DNA of 63,918 nt, filler included, from Octopus bimaculoides (Eukaryota), in NCBI RefSeq assembly GCF_001194135.2. It is 6 parts of 5 records of this genome, joined end to end, with 100 filler letters (N's around TTAATTAATTAA, not from the genome) between each part and the next. Parts side by side here need not be neighbours in the genome. Positions count along the whole stretch, not along the records: positions 40,251 to 62,479 come from NC_068984.1; 5 more parts are not named here. The stretch is one strand, 5' to 3'. The translations under genes were made by a program, and so were the position numbers. Positions 49,912 through 62,109 of this stretch are shown one piece after another (position 1 is the stretch's first letter; every line of letters starts with the position of its first letter). The notes below the pieces were generated by a model. That model was given only the letters and a program-made list of their open reading frames with translations, had not been told where the DNA came from and ran no database searches.

Positions 49912-50778
49912 TATCTGCATGGATTTTTATGTCTTGAACACAGGATGTTTTACATTCATAAAGTAAACACAATTTACATCAGCTATCTTTCATATAAATG
50001 AAAGACATGTTAAAATCAGATTTGTTATTTGCATTCATTTTTATAGCTTAGGCATGTGTACATGGAGGAAGTGCCAATGATACATATGTATGTATGTATG
50101 TATGTATCTACATATTGGATGTATTCATCTCAGAATATGCATTGCTAAAATTTTCACAGGTGCAAAAATTGCACCTGACTATTTGGATGTAATATAATAC
50201 AGAGTGATGAGGTGCCCACAGCTTTTGAATAAGATCAATTGTCATTGAGTGAGGAGTGAAACTTGTTCATATTGCCTAGTTCAGGTCTTGTGGTAGAGCT
50301 GGTAATTCACCAGTTATTAAGTGTTAGAGTAATTCCATATGATTGTGTATGGGAGTCAACTCTAGCACACTAGATAAGAGTAATTTATTGTGACTGAGTA
50401 CTCACTATAACACTCAGCGGTTACAAAATGACTGACTCCACTACAGGACATGAATTGGTTAATAAAATAGTTTCACTCCCCATTTAATCAGCCTTAATCA
50501 ACCGTATTTAGAACCTATAGCTGCTTCACTATTCAGCTTTATCCAAGCAATCTATTTGACCCTGTTGCATCTGTGAATTTTTAGTAATACAGATGTCAGA
50601 CAAACAAATACAGATACATCAACTTCCCAAATACTGATGGTTTGGAACTTCTTATAATCCACACTAATTTATGCTTAATGCACAAGTACCTGTATTTCAT
50701 TTAATTTATTTAAGTAATTTTAATATTTGCTTAATTTAGAGTGTATTGACCCTGATTCAGAAAAATCAATCATGGATG

Positions 50779-51100
50779 CCATTTACATAACACTGATAAC
50801 AGCCATGACTATGATTTCATGAGTACCATTTATATAAACTGCTGCCAGTGTTGTATAAATGGCACCGTGAAACATAGTCGTGACCATTACCAGTGTCATG
50901 TAAATGGAACCTATGCTGGTGGCACATAAAAAGCATTCATTACACTCTTGGGATGGTTGATGTTAGGAACCATGCCAGCTGTAGAAACCATGCCAAATCA
51001 GACTGAAACCAGGTGCAGCTCTCCACTTACCAGCTCCAGTCAAACCGTCTAACCCATACCAGCATGGAAAGCAGACGTTAAATAATGATGATGGTGATGA
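50779..51100 (+). mobile_element. RTE 3' UTR fragment with a fold-back (inverted duplicated) 5' end
   Basis: Palindrome at 50779-50907, then the standard 3' UTR through the (GAT)n tail. Confidence 0.75.
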
Positions 51101-51404
51101 TGGAAAGGCTATGGAACCAAAAGTCCTGGAAAATCGATGTTGTACCAGTACTCTTTTGTCACCTATTGAGGGCTGGGTGTATCGTCTGACAAAAGTAACT
51201 TAACCAGAGCTTTGAAGTTACTTTCAACCTTTTTGCAAGCGAAATAAAATATGGAATGCTACTTACATGCATTGAGTGATCTTTCAGTTAATGTTTTTAT
51301 GCATAACTATACATAAAAACTAACATTAGTATAGATATATGTGTGTTATAATACTTTATGTGGTTCTAGAAACATATACTTATTTGAATGTTCTTAATTT
51401 TCAG

Positions 51405-51457
51405 ATTTATCGACATTCATTTTTGGCTAAATATGAACTCTATGAAGTTGCTACAAG
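51405..51457 (+). CDS. Internal coding exon (53 nt, phase 0 to 2) of a DPP4-family (S9B; DPP4/FAP/DPP6/DPP10-like) dipeptidyl peptidase; IYRHSFLAKYELYEVAT(R)
   Basis: Acceptor ttcttaattttcag and donor AAG|gtaagg. The open frame resembles human DPP4 QWRHSYTASYDIYDLNKR and joins in frame to the exon at 61257. From recall, human DPP4 exon 6 is also 53 nt with the same phases. The orthologue within the family cannot be determined here. Confidence 0.88.
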
Positions 51458-51630
51458 GTAAGGTTTCTTTCATTAAACATTCATTCTAAATCCAGAAACT
51501 ATATATTATTAATCCAGGTGTTCAGCTTTCTTTTATTATGGCCACATAAATGTATACATTAGCAAGAAAATATTTATTTATGTAATTGCTAGTTAAATAA
51601 AAAATAAAATTTACATAGTGAATTATACAA

Positions 51631-52680
51631 TGATGCAAATGATCTTATGGTTTGTAATACTAACTTCAGTACCCTATTCACATACCCGTCTGGTGGACAC
51701 ACTAGTCAAATTGACTACATCCTTACCAGAAAACAGGAAAGATGTCTACTTATAAATGCCAAAACCTTACCAGGTGAAGAATGCACCTCACAACATAGAT
51801 TAGTAGTTAGCGATTCCAGGATCAGGGCTAAATGGATGCCCAGAAGACGACCAGCATGGAGAAGAAGGGTCTGGAAGCTTAAGGATCCTGTGAATGGACA
51901 GAGATGTAGGGACATATTACTCAAAGCTTTTGATGAAATAGAGGAGGATATAGCATCACGTGATGTGGAAGACAACTGGAGGTTCTTACGGGACAACCTG
52001 TTGAGGGCTACTGACCAGATCTGTGGATGATGCAAAGTCCACTCTCAACCCAAGGTAATGTGGTGGTGGAGCAATGTAGTTGACAGGGCCATTAGGGAAA
52101 AGTGTCACACCTTAGCAGTAGAGGGAACCTGTGGAAGAGGTAGACCCAGGAAAACCTGGGATGAGGTGGTGAAGCACGAGCTTCAAACAGAGGCAGTGAC
52201 AAGTGACTGAGACCATTGGAGATATGCTGTGCTTGAGAAGACCTAGCAAGCCAAGTGAGACCATAACCATGACCTATGCCAGTGCAGCATAACCAGCCCA
52301 TTTAAGAGTACCCTTCAATCATTGGGCAATAAACTGTGCTTGCGAAGATCTGTTGAGTCAAGTGAAGTCAATTGTCATGGCTGATGCCAGTACTACCTAA
52401 CTGGAACTCTTGCCAGTGGCACATAAAATGCACCATTCAAGCGTGGTTGATGACAGTACCACCTGACTGGCCCTTGTGCCAGTGACACGTAAAAAGCACT
52501 CACTACACTCTTGGAGTGGTTAGCATTAGGAAGGGCATCCAGCTGTAGAAACTTTGCCAGATGAGATTGGAGCCTGGTGCAGTTTTCTGGCTTGCCAGCT
52601 CTCAGTCAAACCATCCAACCCATGCCAGCATGGAAAGCGGACGTTAAATGACAATGATGATAATGATGATGATGATAATG
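51631..52680 (+). mobile_element. RTE LINE continuation: rest of the endonuclease, an internal deletion of the RT, then the C-terminus and 3' UTR
   Basis: DANDLMVCNTNF...SQIDYIL...QHRLVV...WWWSNVVDRAIREK is joined to KCHTLAVEGTCGRGRPRKTWDEVVK, followed by the 3' UTR and (GAT)n tail. Confidence 0.92.
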
Positions 52681-53611
52681 ATTATTATTATTAATTAATT
52701 ACAGGAAAGATTTTAAAAGGTATGTTGTTGCTTTCAATTAGAAATACATCTATAATAGAGAAGCTTTCATGATGAGGCATAATATGACATGTCAGCTTTT
52801 CTCACTCCTCACAACAGCTAGACTTATTGACACCCACCCAGCAAATTCTCCTGGATTTACTATTTTTTCTTCTTGCTTACTCTGAAGGGAAAAGCTGTAC
52901 CCTTGACCCCACTCTACAATGATCCCTTAAAGAATTTTCTTGATACTTGGATACTCAGTATAGATCAATGTAAATATATCAGAAACTAACAATTTCAATG
53001 ATTTATAACATGATTTTTAAAAATATATCTATGTCCCTGTTTGCAATCAAAAAAATATCAATTTCACTTGACACAGATAAAATTCTGAGTAGATTGTGTG
53101 TGTGTGTGTGTGGGTGTGCTCGCGCATGCATGCACACACACACACATGTCTGTGATGGACCCTGTATTTGGTTTCAATGATGAGCATTCAGTTGTTTGAT
53201 CACCATCCAACTCATTAAATCAAAATCAAAATGACTTTGTTTTCCATAGACTCAGGTACTTTTAATGTAATTCCCGGGCTGAATCTGCATGACACAATAT
53301 GTATCAGTGATGGACCTTTCAATTACAAAAGAACTCATAAATTTGAAGCAGTAAACAAAAAGTACATTGATAGAAATGATAGAATTTCAGACCAATATGC
53401 TGTACAGTATTTAACAATTTTTCATATTGTTTAGTCAGGAGGATAGGCAGTACCCATAACCCTTTATAGAGTTTCCAAAACTTGTGGGTGGAAGTAAGGA
53501 TAGTATATTCAAACTGGAGATCTGGTCAAGATGGTTGCAACAGAGTCAGCCTTGCTAAAGACACTCAAAGAGTCAGATACTGTTGAACCAGGCAACATAT
53601 TAACATGTCCT

Positions 53612-53807
53612 GTAAGTTCACCGTCATCAATTCACCGTAGGAAAAAAGTTCACCATGGAGAAAGTTCACCATTATCAATTCACCATTTTCTTTTTTTCAA
53701 CAAAATAGTTTTTAATTATTAATGGTGAGATATTACGGTTATATTTTCTCAGTAAACTTTCCTTGCAGGAAACTTTCTTTACAGTGAATTGATGGCAGTG
53801 AACTTAC
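53612..53807. mobile_element. Small MITE with about 25-bp TIRs and internal aagttcacc/aattcacc repeats
   Basis: gtaagttcaccgtcatcaattcac ... gtgaattgatggcagtgaacttac. Confidence 0.75.
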
Positions 53808-54924
53808 CTATAATCACAGATTAAGTCTACTATCAAAGTAATTATTGGCAGAATTTGAACTCGGGGTGCAGACAGTCAGAACAAACACTACAGGTTGTTC
53901 GATCTTATGCTCTAATGACTCTACCAATTTGACTTTATATATACCTTGCATGAAGTCATCCCCAGAGAATAACTACTCTACATGTATTGCAGTCAAGATA
54001 ATTGATTCCTTTAGAAATTTATCTTCTGGTACCAGTCTAATGAATTTGTTACTATAGAAGCAGAAACTGATGAATGAGCACCACAGAGATGGTGCACTAA
54101 TAAATGTGAATCTCACATTATTGATTTTCCTCTCCTAGACTTTTCTACTTTGTCACAAAAGAAACCAGTAATTATGGAGATAACAATTAAATGGAAACTG
54201 AAAGGAAAGAAACTAAATATTAATTTCTTTTTAATGAATATAATGTTAATTTTTCTGGAAAGAAAGAGTAAATGAAGGGCACAGTCCAAGATAATTGTTT
54301 AATAGATTCAAAAATGGATGAGCAGTAAATTTCATTCAAATACCAATTGATTTGACGATATAGGGAGATAAACCAAAATACTACTACTTCTGTATTTATT
54401 TAGCCTTGTGTTCTATAATGTCTGTCAACTTATCATCCGCTCAAGTGTTGATAATTATGGATGCAAAGACTAAATACAATTACAGTTTTAAACAAACTAG
54501 ATATTAGCATATGCTTAAATCAATAATTAAAAAAAAAGTAAGAAAAAGGAAAAATGTGAAAAGAAACAAGGCTGAATAAACATGGCAATCTTGTATTTAG
54601 TGATAATCAACACAAGAGGATTAGTTAAATCATTCTTTTATAAGCTATTAAAGTGGATTAACTGGGTGCAGAACAACATATTAATGGAATCAACTCAAAG
54701 TGCAAATTAAACCAGAATGTTTTCATTAGTAAATCTCAATCAATCAATTAGTAATTTTGATGAGTCCACTGGTTTGAGACATCATTAAGATTTGGCCTAG
54801 TGTATCTTGGCCAGTAGTTTTCAAATGATGCACCACCACCTACAGGTGCACCAAATGTACAGTTACACAGCAAGGGCTATATAGGTGCACCACATGAATG
54901 GTATCAATTAAGTCTTCAATGCAA

Positions 54925-55135
54925 CAAGCTGGCAGAATCGTTAGGATGCTGGACAAAACGCTTCGCAGCATTTTCTCCATGTTCATGTTCTGAGTTCAAA
55001 TTCCAGTGAGGTTGACTTTGCCTTTCGTCCTTTCAGAGTCAATAAAAAGAATACCAGTAGATCAATGGGATCAGTGTAATTGACTTGCCCCCTCCCCCAT
55101 ACTTGCTGGCTTTGTGCCAAAATTTGAAATCAATA
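54925..55135 (+). mobile_element. Family B SINE
   Basis: caagctggcagaatcgttagg...gactttgcctttcgtcctttcagagtc. Confidence 0.82.
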
Positions 55136-55639
55136 TTACTCAAGTTTTCAGAAAATCCATGTAATGCTTAAACATCTTGAAAAATGTGTTATTAATAATT
55201 TTGTTATATACAAGTGTGATTATTTAACCATGTTAGCAATAGTATTCTATGTTTTCTCTAAATGTTTATATTTAAAATATATTTCATCAACTTTCCATGC
55301 ATAGTATGCCATTAAAGTTTTAGTTTGCATTCAGTTTCTTTTTAATTTCTATATAAAGTGTACTAGTAATGCTTTACTTGAATCATGTGTTAAGGTCATC
55401 TCCTCAGATTTATAATAGAAATTATAGCCAGCACTGATTTGATTTTGTTATGTTTTATATCCAAGACAAAATACTGTGTACCTACAAGTCATTAATAAGC
55501 TTTACTTGAACTCCAGTGCACCACAAGATCAATAAGACTGAGAACCATTGAATTAGAGCAAATGAAATTGGCAAAGTCCTTCTCCTCAAAGTTATACTTA
55601 CCGGAGTTTAAGCTCTATATTGGTAGCTAACAAATCATC

Positions 55640-55850
55640 ATCATCATCATCATCATCATTTGGCATTCATTTTCCATAGAGGCATGGATTGTACAGTTTG
55701 ACCAGAGATGGCAAGCAGGAGAGTTGCACCAGATTCCAGTCTGATTTGGCTTGGTTTCTGCAGTTGGAAGCTCTTCCTAATGCCAACCACTTTGCAGAGT
55801 GCCAGGTGCTTTTAGGTGGCACCGGCATAGGAACTTTTTATGTGGTGCCA
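55640..55850 (-). mobile_element. RTE 3' UTR fragment
   Basis: (CAT)n followed by the reversed 3' UTR, cttcctaatgccaaccac. Confidence 0.75.
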
Positions 55851-56424
55851 GCACAGGGCTCTTGCTGACCTATCCTCTTCAGCAGGGAGGAGAGCAACAT
55901 TAACAATTCTGCTGTGGAAATATTAATTTTACAGATACTATTGAATAAAGCAGTGAGTTGTTCATACACAGACCTATCTATTCACAACTGCTGTATTTGC
56001 CCATGCACAGTGTGACTTCTAATATAACGTGAGCTCCCCACACACACTCTTTTTGTGGCTAAAATGTCAGTCATATATCTTATCTTACATAGTTTATGAC
56101 TAAGTTTAAATTTTGCTCTGTAAATAATACATCTCTTTTTTTTTTTTTTTTTTCCACATTCACACTTTTATTATAAAAATAAATACTGAAGAAGTTTTTT
56201 TTTTTTTATTACTAGCATTTAATTGCAGTGCCCCAACATGACCACAGTTCTGGAGCTGAAACTAGTAAAAGTGTAAAAGAATATGCCAATAGTGTAACTT
56301 CTATATTTCAAATTATTTAAGTTTATAATTACTTTTAAACAAAATAATTATATAACCACACATAAACAGCACCAGCTGGCTAACAGAGTTAACAACTGAC
56401 ACTGGATATATTCATTATATACTT

Positions 56425-56875
56425 GTGGCTGTGTGGTAAGTAGCTTGCTTACCAACCACATGGCTCTGGATTCAGTCCCACTGTGTGGCACCTTGAGCAA
56501 GTGTCNNNNNNNNNNNNNNNNNNNNNNNNNNNNNNNNNNNNNNNNNNNNNNNNNNNNNNNNNNNNNNNNNNNNNNNNNNNNNNNNNNNNNNNNNNNNNNN
56601 NNNNNNNNNNNNNNNNNNNNNNNNNNNNNNNNNNNNNNNNNNNNNNNNNNNNNNNNNNNGTATATGTTTGTGTGTCTGTGTTTGTCCCCCCACCATCGCT
56701 TGACAACCGATGCTGGTGTGTTTACGTCCCCGTAATTTAGTGGTTCGCCAAAAAGAGACCGATAGAATAAGTACTAGGCTTCCAAAGAATAAGTCCTGGG
56801 GTCGATTTTCTCGACTAAAGGCGGTGCTCCAGCATGGCCGCAGTCAAATGACTGAAACAAGTAAAAGAGTAAATA
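56425..56875 (+). mobile_element. Family A SINE spanning a gap
   Basis: Head before the gap and tail after it. Confidence 0.88.
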
Positions 56876-57137
56876 GATATGTAAAAACAAGGCAGCTGTT
56901 GTTCATGGTTGAGCCAAGTTTGGCAATATTGATAATGTACTGAAGAACCAGCTGAAATATAGAAAGAAGTCCTAGCAACACCCATTGCCTTTCTCAGGAT
57001 CTCTGAAATTAGTGGAAGTTACTCTCAGGTTGAAGACCTGATTGAAATGCATGCAACACAGGCATTCAAGGGTCAGGTTGATATTAACTTTCATATACAT
57101 ATATATGTATACAAAAATTAATGCCAACCTGGCCATG

Positions 57138-57184
<47 letters not shown>

Positions 57185-57185
<1 letters not shown>

Positions 57186-57470
57186 GGTGCATGGCTCACT
57201 GGTTAGAGCATTGGGCTCACAATCATGAGGTAGTGAGTTTGATTCCCAGACCAAGCAGTGTATTGTGTTCTTGAGCAAGACACTTTATTTCACGTTGATC
57301 CAGTTCACTCAGCTGTAGAAATGAGTTGCAGCATCACTGGTGCCAAGCTGTATCAGCCTTTGCTTTTCCCTTGAATAACACCGGTAGCATGGAGAAGGGA
57401 GCCTGGTATGCTGGTCTTCCATAAACAACCTTGCCCAGACTTGTGTCTCAGAGGGGAACTCATGGTCATT
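57185..57470 (+). mobile_element. tRNA-derived family C SINE
   Basis: aggtgcatggctcactggttagagc head; ttgtgttcttgagcaagacactt core. Confidence 0.82.
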
Positions 57471-57585
57471 CGTGAAGCGGTGCTCCAACATGGCCACAGT
57501 CAAATAACTGAAACAAGAATAAAAGTTCATGTATGATTGAGCCAAGTTTGACCACATCGAATGTATAAAGAACAAAAAATTGAAA

Positions 57586-57998
57586 AGGAGTGGCTGTGTG
57601 GTAAGTAGCTTGCTTACCAACCACATGGTTCCGGGTTCAGTCCCACTGCGTGGCACCTTGGGCAAGTGTCTTCTACTATAGCCTCGGGCCAACCAAAGCC
57701 TTGTGAGTGGATTTGGTAGATGGAAACTGAAAGAAGCCCGTCGTATATATATATATATATATATAGATAGATAGATATATGTATGTGTGTTTGCATGTCT
57801 GTGTTTGTCCCCCACCATTGCTTGACAACCGATGGTGGTGTGTTTACGTCCCCATAACTTAGCAGTTCGGCAAAAGAGACCGATAGAATAAGTACTAGGC
57901 TTCCAAGGAATAAGTCCTGGGGTCGATTTGCTCGACTAAAGGCGGTGCTCCAGCATGGCCGCAGTCAAATGACTGAAACAAGTAAAAAGTAAAAAAAG
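57586..57998 (+). mobile_element. Young full-length family A SINE
   Basis: Near-identical to the 46466 copy. Confidence 0.92.
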
Positions 57999-58859
57999 TT
58001 TGTTATTTTGTATCTCATTGTGACACTCTACCACAGTTGTTACCCTGACTGTACACCTATTGTGATACCTGCTTAGAATAATTGTTAATTGCTGGAAGTT
58101 ACAACTACAGCTCTCAACAGTCAGATGCAACTACAAGCTTATGATGAAGTCTCTACATGGTCACCTAATCTGCTAAAAATAGCTGATAGACCTCACTCAA
58201 ATCACACTCTACCATCTTAAAAATCAATGACATATTTAACAATGTAGTCCTGAATAAAAAATAAAAAAAACAGTCATAATGAAATGCCCTTGATCATAAA
58301 TCTCAATGAAGGATGACCCAGGACTAAACAACAACTAACACTTGATTAATCTACAGCTCATCTGTTGCAAATGATACTTGACTCTAATTAGTTATCACAA
58401 CAAATGGGTTGTGGACTTATCAAATATTTACTTGGCTTGCTAAGTGCTACTGAGATCATTGCCTCTTCACAAGGAAATCTATTCTAGGTGCCCTTGCAGT
58501 GTCAATGGGCATGGAGGGAGGAACACATTTCTTTTTTTTTACCTCATTTGCTTTACAAAACCTAGAGGCTTCTATTAGGAAAATATTAATTTAGCCTCTC
58601 TGTGTGTGTGTGTGTGTGTACATTAACAAATCAGGCTGGAAATGCATTTAAGATCTTTTAATTTATTCGTTTACATTATCTCTTCACCATCTCAAAATTC
58701 ATAATAGCTAAGTTTGAAGATCAAAGGATTGTAGTTGTATGTAATCACCCATCAGAATAATGTAAGTATATAAATTAAGGTCTCAAGTGCATTTCAATTC
58801 ACATGGGAAAATACTTGTATATATATATATATATATGTATGTTTGTGTTTGTGTATGTC

Positions 58860-59190
58860 TGTATTCGGTATAGCCAAATGGTTAAGAGAAGTTCGCTTTT
58901 GCAATTGCAACATCAAAGATTCAATCCCACCGCATAGCATCTTTCGTATATATTTTTTACCATAGCCTCAGGTCAACCCTAGCTTTATGAATGAAAGTGG
59001 ACAGCCAGAAACTGTGTGGAAGCTTGTTGGATGGATTGTACTTGTAATTCCAAGGAATAGCCTTGTCACATAATGTATCACACTGATTATGCCTAAGAAT
59101 TACATTAAGGGTACATTTGTCTGTAGAATATTCAGCCCCTCACAGTCTAATTCAATGAACAGGTGAATCACTTGGTCAAAAAACAGAATC
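58860..59190 (+). mobile_element. Decayed SINE, apparently an A-like head on a C-like tail
   Basis: The 5' part resembles family A and the 3' part resembles 18010-18160. Confidence 0.5.
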
Positions 59191-59274
59191 TTCATTGTTG
59201 AAACCAGAGGTCTTTTTATTGTTTACTTTACATACATATACGTTAATGGATGTATGTTATGTGCATGTGTTTAA

Positions 59275-59495
59275 CCCTTTAGTGTTCGCATTATTCTGCC
59301 AAAATTAATGCTTTTTCATCTACATTGTTTTGAACTAATCATACATTATCTTGTAGCTATGAGATTTTGATGAGGTAGCTGTTAATTTTTAAAACAATAT
59401 TGTAGGGTTGGTATGAGAGACCAGGTTTGGCCAGTTTGAACATAAAACAGGCAGAATACTTTTGGCCGGATATGGCCAGATTAAATGCTAAAGGG
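59275..59495. mobile_element. piggyBac-type MITE with TTAA TSD
   Basis: TTAA-ccctttagtg ... aatgctaaaggg-TTAA; homologous to the 44164 copy. Confidence 0.88.
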
Positions 59496-59539
59496 TTAAT
59501 GTGTGACAATTTTATGTTTGTAGACATCATCAACATTAA

Positions 59540-59755
59540 GGTGGCAAGCTGGCAGAAACGTTAGCACACCAGGCAAAATGCTTAGCAGCATTTTGTCTGT
59601 CTTAATGCTCTGTGCTCAAATTCCACCAACGTTGATTTTTTCCTTTCATCCTTTCGGGGTCAATAAATTAAGTACCAGTCAAGTATTGGGGTCAATGTAA
59701 TTGACTATACCCCTCCCCACAAATTCCAGGTTTTATGCCTTTAGTAGAAAGGATC
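59540..59755 (+). mobile_element. Family B SINE
   Basis: aaggtggcaagctggcagaaacgttagc...tttcatcctttcggggtcaataaattaagtaccag. Confidence 0.85.
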
Positions 59756-59980
59756 ATTATTATTATTGTTTTAATGCCCAGTTTTCCATGCTTGTACGGG
59801 TCAGAATTAATGTTTTATGCCCATCTTGTCACCAAACTTCACCTGCTTCCAAGCAGGATAATATTTCCCCATGGCCAGACATGTTTTTGGAAACAAAGGG
59901 CACTGCTTGCATGATAGTGACCCTCATTTACAACTATCATACAATGTCAAGGCAAGGAAACAGTAACACACACACATATA

Positions 59981-60170
59981 TGAGGGGGTGCTGAAAAATT
60001 CTTGACTTTAAGGCCTGGTTGGAGGCCTAACCTTCTGAGTTCTTTTACAAGGCTTAGAAAACTAAAGGACTGCTGCAATAAGTTGAGAGGGGAATATGGC
60101 AAATAGAATCATAACTAACTGATCCTCCTGTATTTTCTTTTCCACAAAGCTGGGAACTTTTCAGCACACA
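59981..60170. mobile_element. Mariner-type MITE, inverted relative to the 31151 copy
   Basis: TA-tgagggggtgctgaaaaattc ... gggaacttttcagcac. Confidence 0.82.
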
Positions 60171-60184
60171 CACACACACACACA

Positions 60185-60345
60185 ATGGGCTTCTTTCAGA
60201 GTCTAGTCACCAAATCCACTCACAAGGCTTTGGTTAGCCTGGATCTATAGTAGAAGACACTTGCCCAAAGTGCCACACAGTGGGACTAAACCCAGAAGCA
60301 TGTGTTTGGGAAGGAAACTTCTCACCACACAGCCATGGCCTACAT
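60185..60345 (-). mobile_element. Family A SINE, 5' half
   Basis: Reversed head, CpG-decayed. Confidence 0.82.
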
Positions 60346-60418
60346 ATGTCTATGGATACTGCAAAGGAACATGAGTATAACATAAATAAATATAAGTAAT
60401 GCAAATATGAGATTTTCT

Positions 60419-60641
60419 TATTTCTTTACTGCCGACAAGAGGCTAAACATAGAGGGGACAAACAAGGGATTAAGTCAATTACATCGACTCCCAGCATGTA
60501 ACTGGTACTTAATTTATCGTCTCCGAAAGGATGAAAGGCAAAGTCGAACTCGGCAGAATTTGAACTCAAAACGTAGTGGCAGGCGAAATACCGCTAAGCA
60601 TTTCGCCTGGTGTGCTAACGTTTCTGCCAGCTCGCCGCCTT
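60419..60641 (-). mobile_element. Young family B SINE with an 11-bp TSD
   Basis: TSD tgagattttct at 60408-60418 and 60642-60652. Confidence 0.92.
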
Positions 60642-61256
60642 TGAGATTTTCTGGACATGAAATATTTGTAGTTGTTGTCATCCCTGATGTTGTTAGTGAT
60701 AGTGGTGATGATATTAAGTAATGCTTATTAAAACTGTGATTAAATTGTACAAGGATTTGTTATGGACTGAATAAAGTGGTTAAAGGTGGTTGATGTGCTG
60801 ATTCATTTGTCTTAAACTAAAATTGAGAAATGAATGGAATGTCTAAGGGAATGAAAATCACTTAAATATTAAAAATCTTTATAGAATACAATAATTGCTT
60901 AAAGTCATAGAGGCTAGACAACACTTCCATAGAGATAAACCATATTAGAGTTCAATACGTATTAAAGAATGATGACTAATGTAATTGATTTTCAAAGCAA
61001 AAAGTAGAAGTCACAGCAATGTGATTTGCTGTGACATTTGAATATAGCACTGAAATTAAGATTAGTAGAGATCCACAGGAAAAGCATTTCAATTGCTTAA
61101 ACACAACTCCATATCTACAGTTTAAAATGATTACTTTTACTATATGAAGGGAATTGAAAATGTTGATGATTTTAGAATTTTTAATAGGTTAACAATTGTA
61201 ATGCTAATCAAGACTTTAGTAAATAAATAACTATTATTTGTATTATTGTCTTCCAG

Positions 61257-61338
61257 GTTTACCACCCCATTTAGAGGGCCAAATAATGAAATTATCGCGT
61301 TCTCTTTTGTCGCTTGGACTCCAGTTGGACATGGTGTA
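61257..61338 (+). CDS. Internal coding exon (82 nt, phase 2 to 0) of the same DPP4-family gene; (R)FTTPFRGPNNEIIAFSFVAWTPVGHGV
   Basis: Acceptor tattattgtcttccag and donor GTA|gtaagt. VAWTPVGHGV matches DPP4 VTWSPVGHKL. AG|G completes Arg across the junction with the previous exon. Confidence 0.92.
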
Positions 61339-61357
61339 GTAAGTAGTTATATTATTT

Positions 61358-61575
61358 ACTCTTTACTCTTTTACTTGTTTCAGTCATTTGACTGTGGCCA
61401 TGCTGGAGCACCACCTTTTAGTCGAGTAAATCAACCCCAGGACTTATTCTTTGGAAGCCTAGTACTTATTCTATCGGTCTCTTTTGCCGAACTGCTAAGT
61501 TATGGGGATGTAAACACGCCACCATCGGTTGTCAAGAGATGTTGGAGGGACAAACACAGACACACAAATATATAA

Positions 61576-61612
<37 letters not shown>

Positions 61613-61761
61613 CGACGGGCTTCTTTCAGTTTCCGTCTACCAAATCCACTCACAAGGCTTTGGTCGGCCCGAGGCTATAGTAGAAGACACTTGCCCAAGA
61701 TGCCACACAGTGGGAATGAACCCGGAACAATGTGGTTGGTAAGCAAGCTACTTACCACACA
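61358..61761 (-). mobile_element. Young family A SINE, antisense, about 19 nt downstream of the exon donor
   Basis: Reversed tail at 61358; slightly 5'-truncated head at 61761. Confidence 0.92.
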
Positions 61762-62109
61762 TTTGTAGAAAATATTTCTTAAAAGTTTTATTTTTAAAAA
61801 TTCAACTGAGGATTTTTTGTAACTGAGAAAAACACAGTTGATGTTAGTTGCCTGAGTGAGATGAACTTAACATAGAATGCATTGTTGCATGTCAGCCATC
61901 ACACATCATTAAATATTAACCAGCACATGGAGACTCTAATTAGAATGAGTCTGGATGCAATGGAAAAGTATGTGAACCAAAATAATTAATGGCTTCTGAC
62001 TTATGGTGGCTTCTTGAAAAACCACTGAATGATTGAATTCACAGGAGGAAAGTGACTAAAACTAAATAGAACACCAGTCTACCACAGGTAGCATTTTGAG
62101 GGAATTCGC

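Noticed and set aside
53231-53434. 67-aa ORF after a plausible acceptor (ttttccatag) as an extra DPP exon
   Set aside because: There is no strong donor and no DPP similarity, and the flanking exons already join in register with DPP4.
53531-53617. ORF MVATESALL... ending at a gtaagt donor
   Set aside because: The gtaagt is the left TIR of the 53612-53807 MITE, and no good acceptor exists upstream.
56895-57575. Two similar 45-bp stretches (gttcat...ttgagccaagtttg) each following a SINE tail
   Set aside because: Too short and diverged to distinguish an old local duplication from another small repeat.
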